A stretch of DNA of 64,000 nt from the human T2T-CHM13v2.0 reference genome, Homo sapiens: assembly GCF_009914755.1 (NCBI RefSeq), contig NC_060929.1; one strand, 5' to 3'. The notes under the pieces were generated by a model. That model did no database searches and was not told the origin of the DNA. It saw nothing but the letters and a program-made list of their open reading frames with translations. Numbering within the stretch: position 1 is the stretch's first letter; each line of letters starts with the position of its first letter. The position numbers and the translations under genes were made by a program. This document shows positions 52,979 to 64,000 of this stretch, piece by piece.

Positions 52979-54529
52979 GATGGGTAAGCTTTTGATTGGC
53001 CGAGAGGAAAGATCAGGGCAATTATAGTTGCACAGTCACACAGAATTTTAGAAGAGGGAGAGAGGTCAGAGATTATCAAGTCCCGGGATTTTTAAATGAT
53101 CTTCTAAACATTGCTAGGGAGCCCCCCTCCCAACCAGGGAAGAGGAATGGAGAGTTGAGGAAAAGGAAATTCCCAGTCCATGAGAATCTGGATTCTGTAT
53201 TTGTTATCAATAAAATTTTTTTTAATCTGCTTTACTTATAAGATTTTACCCGAAGAAGTGGTTTTGAGCTGAAGACAAACAAGCAAACAAAGGTTATAAG
53301 AAAACAAATATCTAAACTGGGAGTGGCCTTTGAAAATGACTGGAGACATTTTAGTGAAATTGGAAAATTTCACCTGCATCTCAATTCTCCTTGCCCAGTA
53401 GCTCTTCTTTGACGCTCCTCTTTCATAAATTTTCTCTTTTATTTCTGATTAATGCTCAGATATAGTGTTAAAAAGGTTGAAAATGTAGGTGTGGAAACAA
53501 AGTTATGAGATTAAAAAGTGAGACACCAAGAAAGACAAAGAAACTTCCAGACAAGATAACAAAGATAAAATAGGGCTCTTTTCATAGTAGGAAGAATAAT
53601 TCAGAAAAGGTTTTCAGAATATAGACAAAGGGGAAGAAATTCCAGAAGGTATTATTGGAATTCAGGATAGGATGAAGGAATAAAAACTGTATCTGATCAA
53701 ACAATTCGAAGAAAGTAAAGTTCCTCTGCACCATTAAAAAAATAAAAATAAAAATTGGTTGACTTAGTTTTTAAAAAATATTTTAAGTCAATTCAGGCAA
53801 ATAAGCTAATACAAGAATGTTTATAGGCACTATCTTAGCGAGGTTGTTTTCAAGTAAAATAGATATAAGGAAAACAGGGAATGGGAAAAAGAAGGGACTA
53901 ACTCAATTTTTATCATCACATTAAAAATTATTTTTATACTGTGATATTCCCAGTGGAGAGAGGAAAAGAGTTCAAGTAAAATAACATGACACTTCTTCTC
54001 CCACCCCCCATCCTCCAGGGAGTAAATGCTTCTCTTCTTGCCATCGTGTTCCAAATGAGGGTGTCCACAGGGCAATTTTTCTAAAATGGGTCAGCATTAT
54101 GCATACCTGACCTGAATTAATAGCATCCCTGTAGGAGTTCTGTTTGATGTTTAACCCTAGGTTCCTCTTAAAGAGGGAATGTGGTAGTAGAAAACAATCT
54201 AGGGAAAAATCCTCACTCACCAGAGGCCCTACCCTTTCCAAAGAGTATTTCCAGATAACTCCTGAACAGAAGGAGGGGTCACTGCAAAGTATTTGAGTTG
54301 AAATCTTCACAAACGGCAATCCATACTCAAGTAGAAAGTTGCCTCTAGTCACCAGCTTTGCATACTTGTGCATATATATAATCACCCCAAGGCAACACTT
54401 AAGGCTGAAAGGCTGAAAGCCTTCTTAGTGATAAAGCTTTACCTATAATGGCCTCACAAATATTTTTCTGAGTACCAAGAGCAGTTTTTCAGAGAAGGGA
54501 GCCCAAAATATAGAGAACAGAGATGGAGG

Positions 54530-55042
54530 TGAGGTAGCCAGCCTCCCAGAGAGTCCCTCAATGATTTGTCCCTACTGGTATTCACATCCTTGTGTAGGCA
54601 CCTTCTACACTGAATTAGGATTTGCCTTTGTGACTAATAGAATAGGTCAGAAGTGATAGCTTGCGACTTCTGAGACAAGGCCACAATAGATAATGTGGTT
54701 TCACTCTCTTTAAGATCACTGACCCTGGGAGAAGGCAACTGCCATGTCATGAGGATACACAAGCAGCACTCTGGAGAGATTTACGTGGTGAGAAACTGAA
54801 GCCTCCAGCTAAAAGCCACATGGATGAGCTTAGAAGAAGATTCCTCCAATCGCAGTCAAGTCTTTAGATGACTACAATCCTGGACAACATCTTGATTGTA
54901 ATCTCATCAAGGACTGTGAGCCTGAACATCTAGCTAAGATGCTCCTCAATTCTTGACTCTCCCAAACTGGGATAATAAATGTTGGTTGTTTTAAGTCACT
55001 AAGATTTAGTGTGATTTGTTATACAGAAAATGAACTAATACA
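54530..55042 (+). mobile_element. MLT1F-family LTR
   Basis: tgaggtagccagcctc...ctggtattcacatccttgtgta...aactaataca. Confidence 0.82.
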
Positions 55043-56114
55043 GAGGGGCTTCCTGGCCAGGCAGGGAGACGTCTCATTCTGTGTTAGGGATGTGATCAGG
55101 GGTAATACTAAAATATCTTTTAAAAAGAAAAATGATTTGAAAAGTTATCTATAAGCCAACATAACGCTTATTCTAAAATCTGACAAAAATAGCACACAGA
55201 CAAGTACAGACAAATGTAACTTTAAGAATATACAGGCAAATATCATAAATATATAAGAAAATGCAGTAATATATGAAAACTTATAATCAATTGGGGTTTG
55301 CTTTAGGAATACAAAGATATTTTAATGTGGTCATTTATTCATCCAGCATATTTTTTGAAAAATTGATTAATAGAATGTATTACATCATTATTACTAAAAA
55401 AAAGCTATATGATTGTCTGGATAGATGTCAAAAAGTAGTCAATGAATATCCAACATCCATTCTAATAAAACGCATACACCCTATAAATACGTATTAAAAT
55501 TTAAAAACAAATCAAGAAGGAAATTTACTTATTTTGAGAAAAAAATTGTCAAACGAATAACACACATACTTAAATGGGGATAGCGCTAGTGTTTTTACAT
55601 TATACTAAAAAAAGACAAATATAATAAATTCTATACTGTTATGTTTATATTATATACATCATGATATATACACTACCTAACATTTTCCTGAAGGTCCTAA
55701 CAAATTCAATAAGACAGGTGTAAATACTGTTAAAGGAAGAGACAGATGACTGTTATTTGCAATATGATCATATCTCAAAAACAACTAGGACTAACAACAG
55801 GGAGTTTAGGAAGACGTTCATATAAAAGAAAAATGATTATTAAACATTTGTTTATATACCAGCATACCCGGCAATAGTTTAGAGATAGCTAGATACTTTA
55901 TAAAGTTCCAGCAATAGTTTCTATGCTATTATAAATGGGGTCTTTTTAAAATTATATTTTTCTAAGACTTTCATGAAAAAACACTTTATTAAAAAACATA
56001 AAGAACTTAAATAAATGGATTTACACATTACATTTCAATTTAGATTCAATCTTATATAAATTCTACTTTCTCCCAAATTAATTTATAAACTTAACACAAT
56101 CCTACTAAAAGTCC

Positions 56115-56609
56115 TGTGATGGTCAATGTTATATGTCAACTTGATTGGGCTAAGAGATGCCCAGATAGCTAGTAAAACATTATTTCTGGGTGTGTCTGTG
56201 AGGGTGTCTTGGGAAGAGATAAGCATTTCAATCAGTAGACTGAGTAAAGAAGATGACCCTCACCGATGTGGGCAGGCATCATCCAATCCTTTGCAGACCT
56301 CAATAGAACAAAAAGGCAGAGAAAGGGCACATTTGCTCTCTCTGTTTGAACCAGGGCATCCATTTTCTTCTGTCCTTGGACATTGGTGCTCCTGGTTCTC
56401 AGGCCTTTGAACTCTGACTGAATTACATTACTGGCTTTCTTGGTTATCTAGCTAGCAGATAGCAAATCATGGGACTTCTTAGCCTCTATAATCAAGTGAG
56501 TCAATTCCCATAGTAAATTTTCCCTTCTCTCTCTCTCTCTCATTCTCTCTGTCTCTTTCTCTCCAGTATCCTATTGGTTAAGTTTCTCTGGAGAACCCTG
56601 ATTTATACA
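56115..56609 (+). mobile_element. MLT2B-type LTR (ERVL)
   Basis: tgtgatggtcaatgttatatgtcaacttgattgggcta...tctctggagaaccctgatttataca. Confidence 0.9.
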
Positions 56610-56647
56610 AACCCTAATTGCTTTTATTCTTTTTTTACTATTCTTTC

Positions 56648-56683
<36 letters not shown>

Positions 56684-57493
56684 TGGTGGGAGGGAACCTA
56701 CATTGATTCTAACTTTTCTTTGGAAAGATAAATGCATGAAAAGATTAATGAGAGTGGAGACTTGCCCTACTGGATATCCAAACGTACTTTAAAGCTACTG
56801 TAGATAATTGAAACATTTTAATTTGACATAAGTATAGAAAAAAAGTCAGTGAAACATAATATAGGATCTAGATTAAAATACACATATGTGTAATTCATTT
56901 TCAATATGTGTAATTCATTTTAAATATAAAACATAAAGATGGAATTTTAAAATAACCGGAATATTTCAATATATAGCAATATGAAATGTTTCATAGTTCA
57001 GTATGTAGCATAGCAACAATTGGCTGTCAAATTGTTAAGAATAAGTTAAATTCATTTGGGTGGAATTTATTTTTGTGTAGGATGAAAGATATAATATTCA
57101 TAGGTTATTTTTCTTTTTACATTTACAAATATTAGGATAAAATGTAGACTAGTTTTTTATGCCTAAGGTGGAGAAGGCTTTTCTAAGCCAGCCACAAAAC
57201 TGAAGCAGTAAAGGAAAACACTAACTTTATGACTTTCGTTTTTACAGAAGCATATGGTACTTTAAATCAAATCTTTCAGTATGAGTGACTAATAAAAAAG
57301 TGTTGTAAATAGTTTCAGCATATATTATAAATGTGCTATATAAAGAGTGATGTATAAAGAGTTTTTAATGTATCAGAAAACATAAAAGAAAATTTGAGAA
57401 AAATTAAGCAATTGGCAAATTACATACAAATGAGCATTACTATCTGAAAAGTTGTTGCTTGAATTCAATTTCAGTCAAAGAAATACAAATTTT

Positions 57494-60400
57494 AAAGAAA
57501 TCAGAGATGACCCAAACAAACAGAAAAACATTCCATGCTCAGGGATAAGAAGGACCAATATTAAAATGACCATACTGCCCAGAGTAATTTATAGATTCAA
57601 TTCTATTCCTATTAAACTACCACTGACATTCTTCACAGAACTAGAAAAACACTATTTTAAAATTCATATGGAACCAAAAAAGAGCCCAAATAACTAAGGC
57701 AATCCTAAGCAAAAAGAACAAAGCTGGAGGCATCATGCTACCCAACTTCTAACTATACTACAGGGCTACAGTAACCAAAACAGCATGATACTGGTACAAA
57801 AACAGACACATAGACCAATGCAATAGAATAGAAAACCCAGAAATAAGGCTGCACACCTACAGCTATCTGATCTTCAACAATCCTGACAAAAGCAAGCAAT
57901 GGGGAAAGGATTCCCTATTTAATAAATGAGATAACTGACTAGCCACATGCAGAAGATTGGCACTGGACTCCTTCCTTACACAATATACAAAAATTAGCTC
58001 AAGATGGATTAAAAACTTAAATGTGAAACCCAAAACTATAAAAATTCTGGAAGACTATCTAGGCAATACCATTCTGGACATAGGAATGGGCAAAGATTTC
58101 ACGACAAAGACACCAAAAGTAATTGCAACAAAAGCAAAAAATGACAAAAGGGATCTAATTAAAGAGTTTCTGCACAGCAAAAGAAACTATCATCAGAGAA
58201 AATGGAAAACCCACAGAATGGGAGAAAACTTTTGCAAACTATGCATCTGACAGAAGTCTAATATCCAGCATCTATAAGGAACTTAAACAAATTTACAAGA
58301 GAAAAACAAATAACCTCATTAAAAAGTGGGCAAAGGACAAGAACAGACACTTTTCAAAAGAAGACAGACATGTGAGCAACAAGCATATCAAAAAAGCTCA
58401 ATATCACTGATCGTTAGAGAAATACAAATCAAAACCACAATGAGATGCCATCTCACACCAGTCAGAATGGCTATTACTAAAAAGTCAAAAATCAAAGCTG
58501 ACAAAAACAAGCAATGGGAAAAAGACTTCTTATTCAATAAATGGTGCTAGGATAACTGGTGAACCATATGCAGAAGATTGAAGCTCGACCCCTTCCTTAT
58601 ACCGTATACAAAAATCAACTCAAGATGGATTACCAACATGAATGTAAAACCCAAAACTATAAAAAACCTGGAAGACAACCTAGGCAATACCATTCTGGAC
58701 ATAGGAACAGGCAAAGATTTTATGATGGAGACACCAAAAGCAATCACAACAAAAGTAAAAATTGACAAATGGGATCTAATTAAAGAGCTTCGGCACAGCA
58801 AAAGAAATTATCAATGGAGTAAACAGACAACCTAGAGAATGGGAGGGAAATGTTTGCAAACTATGCATCTGACAGAGGTCTAATACCCAGCACCCATAAG
58901 AAACTTAAACAAATTTACAAAAGAAAAACCAACAACCTCATTAAAAAGTGGGCAAAGGGCATGAACAGACACTTTTCAAAAGAAGACACTTTCGAAAGAA
59001 GACATACATGTGGCCAAAAAACATATAAAAAAAAGCTCAATATCACTGATTATTAAAGAAATGCAAATCAAAACCATGATGAGGTACCATCATGACTATG
59101 GGGCACCAAACAGAATGACTATTACTAAAAAGTAAAAAAATAACAGATGCTGGCAAGGTTGTGGAGAAAAGAGAATACTTTTACACTATTGGTGGGAATG
59201 TAAATTAGTTCAACCATTGTGGAAAGCAGTATGGCATTTCCTCAAAGAGCTAAAAGCAGAACTACCATTCAACCCAGCAATCCCATTACTGGGTATATAC
59301 CCACAGGAATATAAAGCATTCTACCATAAAGACACATGCACAAAAATGCTCACTGCAGCACTGTTCACACTAGTAAAGACATGGAATCAATCTAAATGCC
59401 CATCAATGACAGACTGGATAAAGGAAATGTGGTGCATATACACTATGAAATATTATGTAGCCATAAAAAAGAATGAAGTCATGTCTTTTGCAGGGACATG
59501 GATGTAGCTGGAGGCTATCAATGCAGCAAACTAATGCAGGAACAGAAAACCAAATACCACATGTATTCACTTACAAGTGGGAACTAAATGATAAGAACTT
59601 GTGAATGCAAAGAGGGAAAAAACAAACACTGGGTTCTACTTGAGGGGGGAGAGTGGGAGGAGGGAAAGGAGCAGAAAAGGTAACTATTGGGTACCGAGCT
59701 TATATGTGGGTGACGTAACAATATGTACAACAAACTCCCATGACATGTGTTTGTAACAAACCTTCACATATACCCCTAAACCTAAATAAAAATTTTTTAA
59801 ATAATAATAATTAAGTTTAAAAAAGTCAAAAACTAACAGATGCTGATGAGGTTGTGGAGAAAAAGGAATGCTTATACACTGCTGGTGGAAGTGTAAATTA
59901 GTTCAATGACTGTGGAAGACAGTATGGCGATTCCTCCAAAGACCTATAAACAGAAATACCATTTGACCCAGCAATCCCATTACTGGGTTTTTACCCCCAA
60001 AAATATAAATCATTCTGTTATAAAGTCACATGCATGCATATGTTCATTGCAGCACTATTCACAATAGCAACGACATGGAATCAACCTAAATGCCCATTAA
60101 CGATAGACTGGATAAAGAAAATGTCATACATATATACCATGGAATACTATGCAGCCATAAAAAATAATGAGATCATGTCCTTTGCAGGAACATGGATGGA
60201 GCTGGAGGCTATTATCCTTAGCAAACTAATGCAGGAATTGAAAACCAAATACTGCATGTTCTCACTTATAAGTGGAAGCTAAATGATGAGAACTCATGGA
60301 CACATAGAGGGGAACAACACACACTGGGGCCTATCAGAAGGTGGAGGCGTGGAAGGAGGAAGAGAATCAATAAAAATATTATAACTATTGGGTACTAGGC

Positions 60401-60517
60401 TTAACACCTGGGTGACAAATTATTCTGTACAACAAACCTCTATGACACAAATTGACCTATATAACAAACATGCACATATACCCCTGAGTTTTTTTTAAAA
60501 AAAGCTAAATTTTAAAA
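57494..60517 (+). mobile_element. L1PA15/16-type 5'-truncated element (outer copy)
   Basis: ORF2 3' part and 3'UTR. TSD aaatacaaatttt at 57481-57493 and 60518-60530. Confidence 0.88.
58492..59819 (+). mobile_element. L1PA15/16-type 5'-truncated element nested in the outer copy
   Basis: Has its own 3'UTR and tail. TSD aaaaagtcaaaaa at 58479-58491 and 59820-59832. Confidence 0.88.
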
Positions 60518-60767
60518 AAATACAAATTTTGAAGAGCAAAATTTATTTTAACCTACGAAAGTAATAGGAATGGTATTACTCAGTAATAAGGGTGTGGCAA
60601 AACAAACACTCTCCTACTAGTTGGTAGGAATATAAATTCTTACAACATTTCTGGAAGGTAATCTGCTCACAAGTTGAAAATGTAACTTTACATATGCTTC
60701 AAGCTAATATTTCTAATTCTAGTTATTAAGCCTAAAGAAATTATAAGACAGATATACAAAGATATAC

Positions 60768-60804
60768 TGGAAGGCAGCTATGCTTACCACTATACCACCA
60801 ACAC
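60768..60804 (-). tRNA. Non-functional 5'-half fragment of tRNA-Gly(TCC) (tailless retrocopy)
   Basis: Reverse complement GTGTTGGTGGTATAGTGGTAAGCATAGCTGCCTTCCA matches the recalled first 37 nt of tRNA-Gly-TCC (GCGTTGGTGGTATAGTGGTnAGCATAGCTGCCTTCCA) except for one CpG transition. Confidence 0.88.
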
Positions 60805-61020
60805 ACCTAGCAAAAAATATACTGTATAATGATGCTTATTGTAGCATTTATCATAATAAAAAATGAACAAAATACACTATCAATGAAGAACTAAGAAATA
60901 AGTCATGGGCCATCGTCAGAGTTAAACCTTGTGTAGGTTTTTTTAAAGATAAAGCAGATCCTATTGACATGGAAAATGTCCAAATACATTAAAATACAAT
61001 AAAAATGGAAGTTACAGACC

Positions 61021-61190
61021 AATATATACATATATACACTATATATACACATACATATATATATACCTATATATACACATACATATATACCATATATACA
61101 TACATATATATATACCATATATACATATATATACCATATATATACATACATATATACACCATATATATACACATATACACATATATATAG
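61021..61190. repeat. (TA/CA)n compound microsatellite
   Basis: Repeated tatatacac / catatata units. Confidence 0.92.
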
Positions 61191-62399
61191 TATGATCCCA
61201 CTCACATTTTAAAAAATATATGGATATAGGTAAGCATTAAGATATAGAAAAACATATGTCAAACTGTTAATCTGTTAGAGAGACTTAGGATTAGAAAATA
61301 CCTTATTCTTTCTATTCTAATGCTTTAATTTTGTAACTAAGATACATTAGATTTTTTAAAAAGAGAAATGTCAAGAAAACCAAGTATTTGTCACAATATT
61401 GCCTTGGTTTTACACATAAATCGCTGGGCTTTACTGTATTTGCTAATCTCATCCTGCATTTTGATACTTGCAGAACGCAGCAAAGACTGTCATTACTAGT
61501 GAAAATGGAAAAGGTCAGCCCCTTTATCAGAATTTCTCCCATTATCTACATCATCAGCTACCACCGACTGCCCCCTCCAGCTGTATCACAGCCTGTCTTC
61601 TGCCACGTCTGCATGAAATGAAACCACTAAGCACAACCGTAAACAGCCAGCCTTATCTCAAGCCATGTTAAGTGTGGCTGTGAGAGTTGGGCCTTGAACC
61701 TGCTGACACCGGGATGTGTGTCACTGAATGTGCACTGGGGAGAGCAATCCACATATTAATTTGAGGTCCCAGAGCCAAAAGTCACCCAGTGACAGCCACA
61801 AAATCAACAGCCCAGTAGAGAGGATGCCCTGCCTTTCCTCTGTCTTTTTTCAGGCTTCTGTCTAGAGCCACAGCTGTACCCATCAGGGGAAAGTGGTATA
61901 AGTTCTCAGTTCAGAACCAGGCCCATGGTCCTCCAGGCCTATGGCAGGTGGGAACATGAAGTGGGGCCTGGAGCAGAGGTTTCATAGAGAAGTGGCATTG
62001 GGTCAGTTCCTCTTATCAGTTCCTAGCACTCTTGCAAGGAGGGGTCATGCAGCTGGGCTCAGGCTGAAAAGGCATGTGGCCACAACCCATCCCTGGAAGT
62101 CGAGAGAGAACTGAGATAGAACACGTGAGTGCTGCCTGACCCAGCCTTCTCTGTGTCCGTGGGAACGTGACTTCCTGAAGAAGAGTAGGGAGGTACACTT
62201 AACCAGCAACTACCATTCTCATCTCAACCTTGAAACTCTTGTCTTCTCTCAGCCCTTCTGCTTTTTAGTTGAGAAAGGAGTGTCCAAGAACTGAGTGTCA
62301 CATTTCTGTTGTTTTTTTCCAGATGCCAAGCTGCCATTGCCAAACTTTGTTCGTTATGTCCTGTTCAGGCATGTTGGCCCAGAAGTAGATGCCCATTGG

Positions 62400-62760
62400 C
62401 TTGGGGTAGCGAATCCTAGTTGCTATAAAGGTCAAACCCCTGAAGTCCCAATGGTTTAAAACAGCAATGGTTTATTTTTTGTTCACCTAAAGTCTCATAT
62501 GAGTTGGGATGCCTTTCTCTGTCTTGTAGCTCTACCATAAGTTCCACCTGGTCCCTAAGGTCTCTGTTTCAGGGCACATAAAGAGTACAGAAGGAACACC
62601 AATCTGAACTCACTGGCCTGAAGAACACATGCACTCCACTCCTGCTCATAGTGCAAAGGCAGGATACTCACATGATTCCAACTTAAATGCAAAGGAAGCC
62701 AGGAAGTGTTAGAGGAGCACATGGAATAATCACTGTGATACACTCATAATATTGCAACTG
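62400..62760 (-). mobile_element. Old MaLR LTR (MLT1I/J-like)
   Basis: caatggtttaaaacagcaatggtttattt...tgcaaaggaagccaggaagtgt...gagcacatgga. Confidence 0.55.
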
Positions 62761-63381
62761 TTTCAAGAAATTTTTCAAATAGAAGAGCAGAGTAATACAA
62801 AGAGCCCTTGAGTGATAGTCCAGGCTCAGGGGTCCAGAGCCACTTCTGTCACTGACTAGCTGGGGAAACTCTCTGCTCCTTCATACTTCCATGTCCTCAT
62901 CTGTAGAAGACAAGGGGTTGCATGACCCACAATGTTATTTCTGGGCCCAAAAGACACAATTCTATGAGCTTGTGGCTTGTGAGGGCAGAATACAGATGAT
63001 ATCTCACTATTAACCAAGGACTCCACAACCTATTGGAGAAAGCAGTGGTGGCTTCTGCCCTTCTTCTGGTGCCCACCCCTTGCAGTATCACTAAGGGGCT
63101 ATCAATTCTCAGGAGTCCAAGCTTCACTGAGCTTGCACTCTTAGAAGATAATCAGAAAACCATAGGGAACCTCAATTCTGCTAAGTAACAGCAGCAACAA
63201 ATCACTCCTCGTATGGAAACAAATGTGGGTGCAGAGGGAACCTCCTAATTTTTCACCATTACACACATGCATACATCCTTTCTCAATGAAGAAACACAGA
63301 GCATCTGATATTGGCAAGACATTCTCTCTTCAAAGAGAATTTTGATTTTAGGCACTAACATGGGGTCGTACTACCAGACTG

Positions 63382-64000
63382 TTTTTTTCTTTTATTATTG
63401 TTATACTTTAAGTTTTAGGGTACATGTGCACAACGTGCAGGTTTGTTACATATGTATACATGTGCCATGTTGGTGTGCTGCACCCATTAACTCGTCATTT
63501 AGCATTAGGTATATCTCCTACTGCTATCCCTCCCCCCTCCCCCCACCCCACAACAGTCCCCGGTGTGTGATGTTCCCCTTCCTGTGTTCATGTGTTCTCA
63601 TTGTTCAATTCCCACCTATGAGTGAGAACATGTGGTGTTTGGTTCTTTGTCCTTGCAATAATTTGCTGAGAATGATGGTTTCCAGTTTCATCCATGTCCC
63701 TACAAAGGACATGAACTCATCATTTTTTATGGCTGCATAGTATTCCATGGTGTATATGTGCCACATTTTCTTCATCCAGTTTATCATTGTTGGACATTTG
63801 GCTTGGTTCCAAGTCTTTTCTATTGTGAATAGTGCTGCAATATACATACGTGTGCATGTGTCTTTATAGCAGCATGATTTATAATCCTTTGGGTATATGC
63901 CCAGTAATGGCATGCCTGGGTCAAATGGTATTTCTAGTTCTAGATCCCTGAGGAATCGCCACACTGACTTCCACAATGGTTGAACTAGTTTACAGTCCCA
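63382..64000 (-). mobile_element. Young L1PA (PA3/4-type) 3' end with the ORF2 C-terminus; continues beyond the window
   Basis: ORF 63605-63976 WRFLRDLELEIPFDP...HMFSLIGGN is the L1 ORF2p C-terminus. 3'UTR tagcattaggtatatctcc. Confidence 0.95.

Larger units (their letters stand above)
55130..61290 (+). mobile_element. Ancient L1M (L1ME-like) ORF2/3' scaffold, fragmented by MLT2, two L1PA copies and a tRNA fragment
   Basis: Colinear degraded ORF2 motifs at 55130-56110, 56690-57480 and 60520-61290. Confidence 0.65.

Noticed and set aside
57452-60282. ORFs resembling a reverse-transcriptase protein C-terminus
   Set aside because: Broken L1 ORF2 fragments with frameshifts and stops. Not a host gene.
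60903-61205. Tyr/Ile/Val-rich ORFs on both strands
   Set aside because: Translation of the (TA/CA)n microsatellite.

Overview
This is AT-rich, repeat-dense primate genomic DNA, probably hominoid given a young L1PA3/4-type element. It holds no intact protein-coding gene, and nearly all ORF-track entries are Alu, L1, LTR or low-complexity artefacts. Roughly half the window is recognisable transposon debris: Alu, L1, L2, MIR, MaLR/ERVL/ERV1 LTRs and hAT MITEs. The main finding is a fossil multi-exon gene on the + strand from 341 to about 27,800, entering from the left edge. It has 15 candidate exons totalling about 1,050-1,100 codons, bounded mostly by AG/GT sites with largely concordant phases. 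Its reading frame is restored when five transposon insertions are excised at their target-site duplications. Ancient MaLR/ERVL insertions inside its exons suggest it died early in eutherian evolution; I could not identify the protein. Other highlights are an L1-plus-half-AluY cassette inside one TSD (probable 3' transduction), a tailless 5'-half tRNA-Gly(TCC) retrocopy, an ERVL provirus remnant with an inverted gag segment, a three-level L1 nest, and a CCAAT/GC/CRE/CATAAA promoter-like element before a Kozak-flanked 29-aa Cys-rich micro-ORF. Repeat subfamily names are recalled from consensus sequences, not from a RepeatMasker run. Boundaries without TSDs are approximate.
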